A stretch of 64,000 bases of DNA from an uncultured Acidobacteriota bacterium (GCA_963760685.1 CAVXEA010000003.1:875781-939780); one strand, 5' to 3'; positions 51,816-62,208 are shown, counted from the stretch's first letter. A program made the numbers and translations. The notes: a model not told the origin generated them from the letters alone.

Positions 51816-54168
51816 AAGCCGACCCTCCGAAGGTATTCGTCGGCGTCGACGTGCTGGAGCTCGACGAGCAACGGCTCGGTGGCCGCGGCCCGGACGCGCG
51901 CCTTCCGTGTCACCGCGGGGCCGGCCTGGGGGTTCTTGAGCGTCACCGTGTACTCGCCTATCGGCAAGGTCAGGAAGAGCGGCGTGAAGCGCGTCGGAGG
52001 AAGCGACACTCTCTTGCCCGACGCGTCCACCACCTCGACCACCTCGGCCCAGGGCAGCGCGTCGACGGTCGAGCACCCCGGAACCCGCGGCCACCGGCTC
52101 CGAAACCGGGGGAGCGGTCGGGGCGGCCGACGGGGCTGCCGTCGGGCTTGGAAGCGTCGAGGTGGAGACGGAGGTCGAGGGCTCCGGTGCCGGAGCGTCG
52201 CCGCGGCCCTTGAGGACCCAGTAAGCGCCACCACCGACCACGAGCAATGCCAGGAGCCCGCCGATTCCCGCCCAGAGGCCGAACGACATGTCGGTCTTCG
52301 TCTGAGCCTGCGGGCGCTGGGCGCTGGCGGGCGGTGCCGGCCCCCGCGGAATGGCGGTTGGCTGAATGGCGGTCGGAGGAGCCGCCTTTACCTTGACCGT
52401 CGCCTCGCGGGCCTGTCGCTCTTCGTCCTTCAGGCGCTGCCGCAGAGCGCGAAACGCCTCGGCTCCGAGCTCCCGCTCGTGACGGGAAAGGAGGCTCGAG
52501 GCCTCCCGCAGGTCGCCGACCTCGATCCGCTCTTCGACCGCCGCCACCGCGGCCGCCACGCTCCGCCCCTTGCGTTCCTCGTCCAACTGCTTCTGGACGG
52601 CGGCCGTCACGCGCGCCAGGAACTTCTTGACCTCGTGGTTCTCGGGGTGGAGCTGGAGGGCCTCGCGCAGGAGGTCCTGGGCTTCGGCCGGGCGCTGCGC
52701 CTGCTCGAGCGCCTGGGCCCGGCCCAGGCGCTCCTTGACCGCAGCATCCCGTCGCTCGATCTTCGCCTGCTGCAGGAGCTTCTGGGCGGCGGGCAGCGGC
52801 TCGCGCCCGCCGTGACGATGAAGCGCCTCGGCCAGCGCCTCCTCCGCCCGCTCCAGCTGGCCTTCGCGCAGGTAGCCGCTCGACCTCGGCCCCGGCCGCC
52901 CGGGCCCCTTCTCTCTCCCGCTCCTCGTATTGCTTCTTCTCGATGGCTTCGTCCACGGTCCGGAGAAGCGACTGCACCTCTTCGTTGTTGGGATCGAGGT
53001 CGAGGGCCGCGGTCAGGGCGATCCGGGCCTCGTCGAGGCTCTTCTCGGCCCGCAGGGCCCGGGCCCGCTCGACGAGGCCGGAGAGGCGTTCGGAACGCTG
53101 GCGGTCCTCCTCCCACGCCTTGCGGATCTCGGCGATCCGGGCCATGAGCGGGTCCATGACCTGCGAGAAGGTCGCGCTGTCGCGGTGCCGCTTGCGGGCG
53201 AGGGTCAGCTCCAGCTCGGCCGCGGTCAGGTCGCCCTTCTCGACCGCGTCCCGGAGGCGCTTCTCCAGGCTGCGGAGGGTCTCGAGCTCGACCGCGGTCT
53301 GGGCGGTCGAGATGACCTGGGTCGCCGTCTCGGGCGTGGGCGCCACCGGGGAGGCGTTTCCCTTGACCTGCTCGCGGATCGGCCGCAGGTCGGCGAGCAG
53401 AGGCGTGAAGCTCGCGTAGCGTTCGGCCGGGTTCTTGGCGAGGCTCTTCTTGACCAGCCGCTCGAGGGCGGGCGGACACTGGGGCCATACCGAGGACAGG
53501 GGCGCAGGCTCTTGACCGATGATCTGGAAGAGGACCGCCGACATGTTGTCCGCCACGAACGGGCGCTGGCCGGCCAGGAGCTCGTAGCTCATGACCCCGT
53601 AGGAGAAGATGTCGGCGCGCAGGTCCACCTTCTCGCCGCGGATCTGCTCCGGGGGCAGGTAGCCGGCGGTGCCCATCGCCATGCCGGTGTGGGTGAGCTG
53701 GGTCTCGGCGCTCGCCAGCTTGGCGATGCCGAAGTCCATGATCTTGACGCTGTCGTCTTCGAGGATGCGGATGTTGGCGGGCTTGATGTCGCGGTGCACG
53801 ACGCCCTGCGCGTGCGCGTACTCGAGGCCCTCGGCCACCTGGACCAGGTAGCTCAGCTTCGTGTAGTCGTCGAGCGGATCGCGCCTCTTGATCTTGTGGG
53901 CCAGGTCCTCCCCGGGCAGGTACTCCTGAACCAGGTAGGGGACCCCGTCCTGGACCCCAAGATCGAAGACGGTGACCACGTGCCGGTGCTGCAGGTTGCC
54001 CGCGATCTCGGCCTCGCGGAAGAAGCGCTTACGTATCTCTTCGTCTTCCGTGGAGCAGGTCTTGATCGCGACCCTTCGCTTGATGAAGGGATCGCGGCCT
54101 TCGAAGACCACGCCGAAGCCGCCCTGGCCGATCTTGCGAACGACCTCGTATTTTCCGATCTTCTGCAT
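51812..54168 (-). pseudogene. Ser/Thr kinase - coiled-coil - TM - PEGA membrane kinase; frameshifted at least twice
   Basis: Kinase domain MQKIGKYEVVRKIGQGGFGVV ... HRDIKPANI ... DFGIAK ... GTAGYLPPE. Long coiled coil. TM FGLWAGIGGLLALLVVGGGAYWVL. PEGA domain LPWAEVVEVVDASGKRVSLPPTRFTPLFLTLPIGEYTVTL. Spread over three frames. Confidence 0.7.
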
Positions 54169-54310
54169 AGGGTGATGGGGACCGGCTCTCCGGAAAACGG
54201 CGCCATTGTACAGCCTGATGCGTCCGTCTCTTGAGGCGAAAGCGCGCGGCGCGTATAGTCCATCTCCTAACGCACCTCTGCCGCCACCTTGGCGTCGCAG
54301 GGGAAGGGTC

Positions 54311-54739
54311 ATGCTTCGGGTCCTCGTCGTCGAAGAACGCCAGGCGGTCCGGGACGGCCTCAAGCGGCTGCTTGCCGTGGCCGGTGAGATCACCGTCGTC
54401 GGAGAGGCGGGGGGAACCGGCGAGGCCGCCGAGATCGCGGGGCGCGTGGACTGCGACCTCGTGGTGCTGGGCATGGCGGGGCTCAGCCCCTGCGGTATGG
54501 ATGCGGTCCGGCGGCTCAGGGCCGCGCTGCCGGGCCTGCACGTCCTGGCCGTGGGACCGGTCGCGTTGGCGGATCAAGCGCGCGAGGCCGTTGCCCAGGG
54601 CGCTTCCGGCTACCTGGACATCAGCCGAGCGCGCGAGGATCTGGTCAAGGCCATTCGCGCGGTGAGCCGAGGCAGCGTGTTCGTGAGTGCGTCGGCCAAG
54701 GAATCCCGCCGCCGGGGGCCTGCCCCGGTGAACACCTAG
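54311..54739 (+). CDS. Stand-alone receiver (REC) domain, atypical or pseudo-receiver
   Basis: CheY-like fold MLRVLVVEERQAV ... CDLVVLGMAGLSPCGMD. The acidic pair is EE rather than DD. The phospho-acceptor position reads Gly (LVVLG) rather than Asp. Confidence 0.6.
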   Translation: MLRVLVVEERQAVRDGLKRLLAVAGEITVVGEAGGTGEAAEIAGRVDCDLVVLGMAGLSPCGMDAVRRLRAALPGLHVLAVGPVALADQAREAVAQGASGYLDISRAREDLVKAIRAVSRGSVFVSASAKESRRRGPAPVNT

Positions 54740-54825
54740 CCGGCCTCGGTCCTCCACCATCCGAGTCGCCCCGCCGCGGCATGTCGTGGATTGACAAGGT
54801 AGCCTCCGGAAGCTACCTTTGGCCC

Positions 54826-55116
54826 ATGAGAGCCGTCGGCCTCAAGATTCTCAAGAACCGGCTCGCCGAGTACGTGCGCCTGGCCGCCTCGGGCGAGACC
54901 GTTCTCGTGACCGATCGCGACCGTGTTGTGGCTGAGCTCGTGCCTCCCACCGCGGGACGCAGTCCCTGGCTGGCCGATGCCCAGCTCGCGGAGGCGGTGC
55001 GCGAGGGGCAGGTGACCGCGCCCCTCATGGTTGCCGAAGGGCCACCCCCTAGAATGCCGGTCGCCCCCTTGAGAGAGCTTCTCGTAGAGCTCGACCTGGA
55101 TCGCCAGGACCGTTGA
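54826..55116 (+). CDS. Phd/YefM-type antitoxin
   Basis: MRAVGLKILKNRLAEYVRLAASGETVLVTDRDRVVAELVP. Confidence 0.65.
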   Translation: MRAVGLKILKNRLAEYVRLAASGETVLVTDRDRVVAELVPPTAGRSPWLADAQLAEAVREGQVTAPLMVAEGPPPRMPVAPLRELLVELDLDRQDR

Positions 55117-55508
55117 TCTACGTCGACACATCGGTCGTCCTCGCTCACCTGCTGGCCGAAGACCGCACGCCCCCGGCGAGGCTCTGGTCAGAGCCCCTGG
55201 TTTCCAGCCGCTTGCTGCACTACGAAACCTGGGCCCGCATCCACGCGCGCGGGCTCGGGTCGAGCCATGGCGAAGCCGTTCGCGCCACCCTCGCGAGGAT
55301 TGCCGCTGTGGAGATGCAGCCGCTCGTGCTTCAGCGCGCGCTGGAGCCGTTTCCGGCGTCGGTGCGGACGCTCGATGCGCTGCACCTGGGCTCCCTCGAG
55401 TTCCTGCGCACGCACGGCCAATCGGTGGCGCTCGCAACCTACGACGAGCGCATGACGACGGCCGCCCGGGCCCTCGGGATCCCGCTCTTCGCGCTCTTCG
55501 CGCTCTAG
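55113..55508 (+). CDS. PIN-domain toxin (VapC-like)
   Basis: MIYVDTSVVLAHL ... with TTGA overlap with the antitoxin. PIN acidic residues at positions 5 and 86 (DTS ... TLD). Confidence 0.65.
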   Translation: MIYVDTSVVLAHLLAEDRTPPARLWSEPLVSSRLLHYETWARIHARGLGSSHGEAVRATLARIAAVEMQPLVLQRALEPFPASVRTLDALHLGSLEFLRTHGQSVALATYDERMTTAARALGIPLFALFAL

Positions 55509-55527
55509 CGCCGCCGCCCGGCGCGGG

Positions 55528-55746
55528 TCAGCGCGACAGCCAGTACGGTCGGTAGTAGTGGTCGGGACCAGCGAGCTTCGAGGGCTTCAGGGGCCGTCGA
55601 AACGCGGCTTCGATCGCGCGCGAGGCGGCTTCGGGGTTCTCCAGCGTGTCGAAGACGAAGCCCACGAGGAACAAGGTGACGAGCCCGCCGGCGACGACGA
55701 CGAGGGGCACGGCCACGATGAAGAGGAACTGGATCAGGGCCATCAA
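55528..55746 (-). CDS. Small membrane protein, hypothetical
   Basis: 72 aa, one TM (LIQFLFIVAVPLVVVAGGLVTLFLVGFVF). Confidence 0.35.
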   Translation of the reverse strand: MMALIQFLFIVAVPLVVVAGGLVTLFLVGFVFDTLENPEAASRAIEAAFRRPLKPSKLAGPDHYYRPYWLSR

Positions 55747-55753
55747 GGCTGCC

Positions 55754-56206
55754 TCACTGGATTCGCATCCTGCCGCTGAATCCTTCTTCGTGGGTATGGA
55801 AGAACTGGAGCGCCGTCTCGGGCCAGCGCCAGCAGTAGTAGCCGGAGCCGTTGTCGAAGTCGACGAGCCAGATGCCCTTGACCTCGATGCCGAAAGACCT
55901 CACCCGGCCCGCCCACTCGTTGACGATGATCGTGGCCTGGGCCTCGAAGCGCTCGGCATCGAGCTTTCCCTCCCCGACCGCGCTGCGCAGGTCCTCGACT
56001 TCCTGGTGCGCCTTCTCCGTGAGCTGACGCACCTCGGGAAGCAAGGCTGCCGCCTCCTCGTAGGAGAATGTGCGCTTTTCGGCGATTCCGCGATCCGCCA
56101 GGGGCCACCTCGCTTCGCGTCCGCGCGCCGCGCGTTCGCGACCGGCGGGAGTATAGCAAAGCTTGACCCCCTGGGAGGCCAGCCATAGACTTCCGCGGAT
56201 GGCCAC
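55754..56206 (-). CDS. DUF2203-like conserved hypothetical protein
   Basis: ...ATIIVNEWAGRVRSFGIEVKGIWLVDFDNGSGYYCWRWPE... Start is likely downstream of the annotated M. Confidence 0.45.
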   Translation of the reverse strand: MAIRGSLWLASQGVKLCYTPAGRERAARGREARWPLADRGIAEKRTFSYEEAAALLPEVRQLTEKAHQEVEDLRSAVGEGKLDAERFEAQATIIVNEWAGRVRSFGIEVKGIWLVDFDNGSGYYCWRWPETALQFFHTHEEGFSGRMRIQ

Positions 56207-59200
56207 CTCGTGGCACCTGACCTCTTTGACGGTCCTCGGGGGAACGCTTCACGGTAAGAAGCTCGCCATCGAAGACGTGGTGGTCGAAGTCCTGATCGGC
56301 TCCGATCCCGACTGCCACCTGCACCTCGACCTTCCGACTGTGAGCCCCATCCACGCCCGGCTCTGGATCGAGCCCGACGACGTGACGGTCTACGGGACGA
56401 AGAGCGGCCCCGGCGTCTTCGTCAACTTCGATCGGATCGACGGCGACGGAAAGCTGCAGCCGGGCGACTTGCTGTGGCTCGGGCCACCGCAGGCGGCCGG
56501 GAGCGTGATGCTCCAGGTCCGCTTCGAAGAGCGCGACACCCTGCCTTCGGTCGTGGTCAGCCCTCTCGCCGACGAGGACCAGGCGGCCGGGGCGCCGGAC
56601 CCGACCCCCGACGTCGCGGAGCCGGGTCCGATTCCCCTGTCGGTCTCGGTGGAGCCGATGCCCGCCGAGGCGAAGGTGGACGCGGAATCGAAGCCGGACC
56701 GCGCGGCGGAGGCCTCAGACGAAGAGCTCGGCGTGTTGCCCGAGGACGCGCCCCCGCCGTTGCAGATCGCACTGCACGCGGAAGAGCCCGAAGCATCGAG
56801 CCCGCCGATTCCCGCGCCGCTCCTGGAGACGCCGGCACTCCCGGCGGCCGCGCCCAGCGGGTTCGAGGACTTCCTGGTCATGGACTCGGCAGCCTCGGCT
56901 CCGACTTCGTTCGCCGCGTCCGCCGACGAGTTCGTGGTTTCGGGCTTCGAGGCCGAGTGGCCGGAGGCCAGCGAGCCCAAGGGTGGCGCCGCGTCCGAGG
57001 ATCGCGGGGCGCCGGTGCCCGAGGCTCGACCGGATCCTCCACCAGCCCCGCTCGCGAACGACGACGTCTTCTTCGTCGACGTCGGCGCTCAGCCGCCGCA
57101 GGTCGCCGAGGAGGCGGAGAGCCACGACGGGTTCTTCATCGACGACGGCATCGCCCCGGCCCCCCCCGCGGCCATGCCGGCCACCCCGCCCCGTATCGCG
57201 GCCCCGGGAGCCGACCAGGATCTGTCCTTCGCGGCCGCCTTCCTCGAAGAGCCTCTGCCCAAGGCCAAGCCGCCGTCCCCGCCGCCTGCCCCTGCACCGC
57301 GTCCAGCCGCTCCCTCTCCACCCCCCGTGGCCAAGCCGGCGCCCGCCGCCCCCAAGCCGGCGCCCGTCCCGCGGCCTTCCGAGCCGGCGCCGCCCAAGCC
57401 CTCGCCCGCGGTGTCGCAAGCCGTGGCCTCCCCGGCGCTTCCTCCGCGGCCGCCCTCGGCCACGAGCGCCGTGCGCCCCCTTCCGCGTCCAGATGTTTCC
57501 CAGTCGGTCGCGCGCGGCGACCGGCCGCCGGTGCCCCGCGCCGATCGCACCCAGGCCTTGCGGGCCCGGCCCCCGGCTCGCCCGCTCGGCCGCTACGCCT
57601 TGCTCGGCCTGATCGCCGTGGTCGTCCTCGGCGGGATCGGGTTTGTCGTGTCGACCTTCCTGCGCGGCGTGCGCCTCGAAAGGATCGAGCCGCAGCGCGC
57701 TCGGGTCGGCGAGACCGTGGCCCTCGTCGGCAGTGGATTCGCGAGCTCGCCGGGAGACAATGCGGTGCTCTTCGACGACAAGCCGGCCAGTGTGACCACC
57801 GCCGCTCCCACGCGCCTGGAGGTCGTGGTGCCGGACGTCGCCCCGAGCGGCACCGACGTCAAGGCCGCGGTTCGGGTGCGGGTGGGCCGCGCCGAGTCGC
57901 TGACCGTCGCGATGTCGGTCTTCTCGGGCCCCGTCCTGCACGGGATCTCACCGGACGTGGCCATGCCGGGCGACGAGGTCGTTCTCGCCGGCTCGGGTTG
58001 GGGTCTTGGCCCCACGGTCCGTTTCGGAGGCTTGCCTGCGGATGTGATGGAAGCCCGCGAGACCTCGATCCGCGTGCGGGTCCCCGCCATCGACGGGGGC
58101 CCCGGGACCTCGGCCCCGGTGGTGGTCAGCTCCGGCTTGCTCGAGTCGAACCCCGGGCCTTTCTACGTCGGACGCATTCCCCTGGTCACCAGGGCCGAGC
58201 CGACGAGCGTGGCCGCGGGGGACGTCGTGACCCTGAGTGGCCGTGGCTTCCGTCGCGAGCGCTCGCAGAACGTGGTCCAGGTCGGGGGGGTGCGGGCCCT
58301 CGTGGTCGCCGCTTTCGACAGCGAGATCAAGGTCGTGGTGCCTCGCGTGGCGGCAGGGTCTCGCCTGTTGGAGGTGCGCGTTCCGAGCTCGGTGGCTCCA
58401 GCCCAGGTTCCGCTCGTGGTGAGCGGGGCGACGGAGGCCCTCGATTTCCATTTCGTCGCGGAGCCATTCGAGGCCGCGCCGGGGCGTGACCACGCGGTGC
58501 TCGCCACCGCCCTCGGGCCCGCTTTCGTCCTCGCGTCGTCGGGCGGCCGCTCCGCCGCCGAGCGCGCATTGGAAGCGGCTCGCCGACTCAACGAAGCGGC
58601 CCCGGCCCTCAAGGCGGCGCCCGATCTCACGTTCGAGTTGCGGGACGCCGACTCGAAGCCTTCCCTGGGCCTCATCGGCCGGCCCGAGATCCTGATCGAG
58701 GTCACCGACGAGGACGCCGTCGCCTACGCCGAGGATTGGACCGGCCTCCGCGGGCGCGGCGGAGCCGTGACTTCGGGTCGCCTGGGAAAATGGTGGGAGG
58801 CGGTCGCCAGGGACCTCGCGCTCCTGCTGGTCCGCCGGGCGCGGCCTCATTTCGCGGCCGACCTCGCCCCCGAAGGGCGAGCTCTCGTGGACTTCTTCCA
58901 GGCTTCTGAGCGCGGTGGCGGCGCCGGAGCCTCGGCCAAGCCTCCGCTCCGCGACGCGCTCCGGCTCGTGGCGCTCCGCGTTCCTCCCGGGGTTCGGGGG
59001 CCCGTGATGGTGGCTCCGGTCTCCGGGTCCAGCCCGACGGCCTCCGGAACGCCCCCGTCGTCCGTCGCCCAGCCGATGCCACGTCTCGAAGGGCCTTGGA
59101 CCGGCACCGAGACCGAAGGCGACCGACAGCGGTACGTGACCGTGACCTTCCGCGGCGCGACGGGCACCCTCGCCTACGAGAGTGCCATGACCGTGAGCAC

Positions 59201-59375
59201 TCCCCTCCTGAGCGTCGACCAGCCGCAGCGGGGAGTGGCGCGGTTCAGCGTCGAGCTGCGCGGGGGGCTCCGCTACTACGTCGGCCGCTGGGAGGGCCAG
59301 GCCCTCTCCGGCAAGATCTCGACGGATCCGGGCGGTTCGCAGAGCCTTGGCACCTTCGAACTCCGCCCCCGATAA
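56199..59375 (+). CDS. FHA-domain membrane protein: FHA - Pro/Ala-rich linker - TM - 4x IPT/TIG-like - C-terminal domain
   Basis: FHA segment LTVLGGTLHGKKLAIEDVVVEVLIGSDPDCHLHL ... VSPIHARLWIE ... GTKSGPGVFVN. TM YALLGLIAVVVLGGIGFVVSTFL. Repeated RIEPQRARVGETVALVGSGF / ISPDVAMPGDEVVLAGSGW / EPTSVAAGDVVTLSGRGF modules. Uninterrupted 3.2-kb frame. Confidence 0.75.
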   Translation: MATSWHLTSLTVLGGTLHGKKLAIEDVVVEVLIGSDPDCHLHLDLPTVSPIHARLWIEPDDVTVYGTKSGPGVFVNFDRIDGDGKLQPGDLLWLGPPQAAGSVMLQVRFEERDTLPSVVVSPLADEDQAAGAPDPTPDVAEPGPIPLSVSVEPMPAEAKVDAESKPDRAAEASDEELGVLPEDAPPPLQIALHAEEPEASSPPIPAPLLETPALPAAAPSGFEDFLVMDSAASAPTSFAASADEFVVSGFEAEWPEASEPKGGAASEDRGAPVPEARPDPPPAPLANDDVFFVDVGAQPPQVAEEAESHDGFFIDDGIAPAPPAAMPATPPRIAAPGADQDLSFAAAFLEEPLPKAKPPSPPPAPAPRPAAPSPPPVAKPAPAAPKPAPVPRPSEPAPPKPSPAVSQAVASPALPPRPPSATSAVRPLPRPDVSQSVARGDRPPVPRADRTQALRARPPARPLGRYALLGLIAVVVLGGIGFVVSTFLRGVRLERIEPQRARVGETVALVGSGFASSPGDNAVLFDDKPASVTTAAPTRLEVVVPDVAPSGTDVKAAVRVRVGRAESLTVAMSVFSGPVLHGISPDVAMPGDEVVLAGSGWGLGPTVRFGGLPADVMEARETSIRVRVPAIDGGPGTSAPVVVSSGLLESNPGPFYVGRIPLVTRAEPTSVAAGDVVTLSGRGFRRERSQNVVQVGGVRALVVAAFDSEIKVVVPRVAAGSRLLEVRVPSSVAPAQVPLVVSGATEALDFHFVAEPFEAAPGRDHAVLATALGPAFVLASSGGRSAAERALEAARRLNEAAPALKAAPDLTFELRDADSKPSLGLIGRPEILIEVTDEDAVAYAEDWTGLRGRGGAVTSGRLGKWWEAVARDLALLLVRRARPHFAADLAPEGRALVDFFQASERGGGAGASAKPPLRDALRLVALRVPPGVRGPVMVAPVSGSSPTASGTPPSSVAQPMPRLEGPWTGTETEGDRQRYVTVTFRGATGTLAYESAMTVSTPLLSVDQPQRGVARFSVELRGGLRYYVGRWEGQALSGKISTDPGGSQSLGTFELRPR

Positions 59376-61741
59376 CCCGCCCGCCCCGCGCCCTCCGGGG
59401 CAGGCCCTGATCGGCGAGCACATCGGTCACTATCGCGTCGTCCTGGCGCCTCGGGCAGGGAGGCATGGGCGAGGTCTTCCTGGCCGAGGACATGACCCTT
59501 CGCCGCCAGGTCGCCCTGAAGGTCTGCGCGGCCGAGGAGGCGGGCGAGCGGCTCCTCCACGAGGCCCGTGCCGCTTCGGCGCTCGTGCACCCCAACATCG
59601 CCGTGGTGTACGAGGTGGGGAGCTTCGAGCGCGACGGACGCGAGCAGACTTACATCGCCATGGAGTACGTGCCCGGCCGTACCCTCGCGCGGCTCGCCCA
59701 GGAGCGCGAGCTCGCTCCGGGCGAGGTCCTCGACATCGTGGGCCAGGTGGTCGAGGCCTTGACCGCCGCTCACGCCCACGGCGTCGTCCACCGCGACATC
59801 AAGCCCTCGAACGTCATGGTGACCGAGGATGGCCGGGTCAAGGTCCTCGACTTCGGCCTCGCCAAGCACGTGCCGTTCGTGGGCGAGTCGGCCGACACGT
59901 GGAGCGGGCAAGGCCGCCTGTCGGAGGCGACGGGCGCGCTCGTCGGCACCGCGGCCTACATGTCACCCGAGCAGGTGAAGGGCCTGGACGTGGACGCCCG
60001 GAGCGACATCTTCTCCCTGGGAGTCCTGCTCTACGAGCTTCTCGCCGGGGGACGCCCCTTCGCGGGCGAGACCGCGGTGGAGGTCCTCGGCGCCGTGCTG
60101 CACCTCGATCCTGCGCCGCTCGAGGTCGCCGCGCTGCCCGGCCTCGAGCGCGTGGTCCTGAGGATGCTGTCCAAGGACCGGGAGCAGCGGTTCGCCAGCA
60201 TGGCCGAGGTCGGCGAGGCCCTCGCGGAGGTGCGTCGCGGGTCTTCGCCGCGCGAAGACGCGCCGGCGAGCCCGACTCCGACCGTGGCCGCGATCCGCTT
60301 CACCAACATCACCGGCCGCCCGGAGGACGACTGGCTGGGCACGGGGATCGCGGAGACCCTGATGTCCGACCTGAAGGTCCGGGAGGGGTTGAGCCTCGTC
60401 TCGCGCGAGCGGACGCATGGAGGTGCTGCGGAAGCTCGGGGCGCGGGGCGTGCGCGAGGAATCGCTGGCCCTGGCCCTCGGGCCGGGAGGTCGGCGCGCG
60501 CTTCGTGGTGAGCGGCGGGTACCAGCGGCAGGGCGAGGAGATCCGCGTCACCGTACGCGTCACGGAGATCGCGACCGGCGCGGTCGCGGGCACGTCGAAG
60601 GTCGACGGCCGCATGGGAGAGATCTTCGAGCTGCAGGACCGCATCGCCCAGGGCGCTGCGTCGCTTCTCCGGGTCAGCGTGGCCCCGCCCTCGCGGCGGG
60701 CCGGGAACGACACCGAGGTCCTCGAGGCCTACGAGGCCTACTCCCGCGGCCTCGTGTTCCTGCGGGCGGAGAGCCACGAGTCGCTGGACCGCGCGCTCGA
60801 GTCGTTCGATCGGGCGATCCATCTGGATCCGGCCTACGCGAAGGCGCACATGCAGCGGGGCGTGGCCCTGGCCGTGAAGGCCGGCCACCTGGGGCGCCCG
60901 GATCTCTACGAGCCCGCGCTTCAGAGCCTGCGCAAGGCCACCGAGCTCCGACCCTCGCTGGCCGAGGCCTGGCGGGAGCTCGGGGCCACCCTCGTCTATA
61001 CGCGCGAGGACGAAGCCGTCGAGGCCATCGAGCGCGCCCTCACCCTCGAGCCGGGAGACGCGAGCGCGCATGCCGCCCTGGCGCGGGCCTTCTTCATCGG
61101 GAAAGGGGACTTCGCGCGGGCGGCGGTCGAGTACGAGCGGGCCCTGCTCCTGAACCCACAGGCCGGGTGGACCGCGTTGCAGCTCGCCCACTGCGCGGCG
61201 TTCCTGGGCGAGTACGCCCGCGGGGAAGCGATCGCGCGGCGCGCCATCGTCCTTCAGGAGGAGCTGCTCGCCGGGCCAGGAGGGGCTCTTGATCATCGGC
61301 GCCTACCTCCGCCTCGGCCACCTCCACGCTCTCCAGGGCAGATACGCGGAGGCGAAGACCCAGTTCGAGCGCGAGATCGAGTTCCTCGGGCGGGTGGACC
61401 ATGCCTTGAAGGCGCGCATCTTCATCGAGCTCCACACCCGTCTGGGGGCCGCCCTGCCTGGGCCTCGGCGACGAGGCCGGCGGCCGCGCCACCCTCGACC
61501 TCGCCATCGGGACCTTCGAGCGCCGACTGCGCCTCGAGGGCGACGACCCTTTCACCCGCTACTACGCGGCTTGCGCGCACGCCCTGCGGGGCGATCGTGG
61601 GTCGGCCCTCGACAGCCTCGAGAAGGCGGCGGCCGGGCGCCGCGCTTTCACGCTCGCCCGGGCCAGGATCGATCCGCTGTTCGACACGCTGCGCACGGAG
61701 CCGCGGTTCCTGAGCCTGATCGGTCCCGCCAGTCGCCGCTA
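59347..61741 (+). pseudogene. Ser/Thr kinase with C-terminal periplasmic-like domain and TPR repeats; at least 4 frameshifts
   Basis: Kinase domain GMGEVFLAEDMTLRRQVALKV ... HRDIKPSNVMV ... DFGLAK ... GTAAYMSPE. Then FTNITGRPEDDWLGTGIAETLMSDL ... RFVVSGGYQRQGEEIRVTVRVTE. Then TPR blocks AYAKAHMQRGVAL ... AEAWRELGATL. C-terminus ...IDPLFDTLRTEPRFLSLIG. Confidence 0.7.
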
Positions 61742-61855
61742 ATCCTAATCTCTCGTCAACCCAGCGTTCCTTGGTTGACGCTTTTCAGATACATGAACAT
61801 CCCAGTTTACGTATCCTGTTCGCCACGTTTGGATAGAGAATGAACCAAAACCGAC

Positions 61856-61883
61856 TTGACAAATCGATCATAGTGCCTATCTT
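61856..61883 (+). promoter_or_regulatory. Near-consensus sigma70 promoter TTGACA-N16-TATCTT in an AT-rich island
   Basis: Perfect -35 hexamer, 16-nt spacer, TATCTT -10, about 80 nt upstream of the ATG at 61963. Confidence 0.5.
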
Positions 61884-61962
61884 CAAACTACTGAACCAAC
61901 CAACCGAGTCGCACTTTCTTGGGGGAAGTCCGCAGGGACTCGTAATTAGAGGGGGAGAAGTT

Positions 61963-62202
61963 ATGCGGCGTGCCATGATCGCTCTTGTCGGGGCAGCGGC
62001 TTTGGTGATCCTTAGCATGTCAATTTCCGCCTTTGCGAGCACAGCGTGCAAAGAGTGTAAATTGCAGACGGAGGGGCGTTTTCATGGAACGTACACCTGC
62101 ATTTTCAGCGAGGATCATTGCGACTGCAATCCCGATGGCGAATCGTGCGTTGAGACTTCCGGTTGTAATGGGCCAGACCACATTTGCGTCTACAGTGAGT
62201 AG
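61963..62202 (+). CDS. Small secreted cysteine-rich protein (8 Cys in about 54 mature residues)
   Basis: Signal peptide MRRAMIALVGAAALVILSMSISAFA. Mature part STACKECKLQTEGRFHGTYTCIFSEDHCDCNPDGESCVETSGCNGPDHICVYSE. AGGGGGAG RBS 6 nt upstream. Locally low GC. Confidence 0.6.
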   Translation: MRRAMIALVGAAALVILSMSISAFASTACKECKLQTEGRFHGTYTCIFSEDHCDCNPDGESCVETSGCNGPDHICVYSE

Positions 62203-62208
62203 AGGTCC

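Noticed and set aside
56211-56235. TGGCAC motif suggestive of a sigma-54 -24 element
   Set aside because: No GC-containing TTGCW -12 element at the correct 5-nt spacing.
56474-58489. 671-aa ORF in the +1 frame inside the FHA-IPT gene
   Set aside because: Arg/Gly-rich alternative-frame read-through of a GC-rich gene. The in-frame protein has clear FHA, TM and Ig-repeat architecture.
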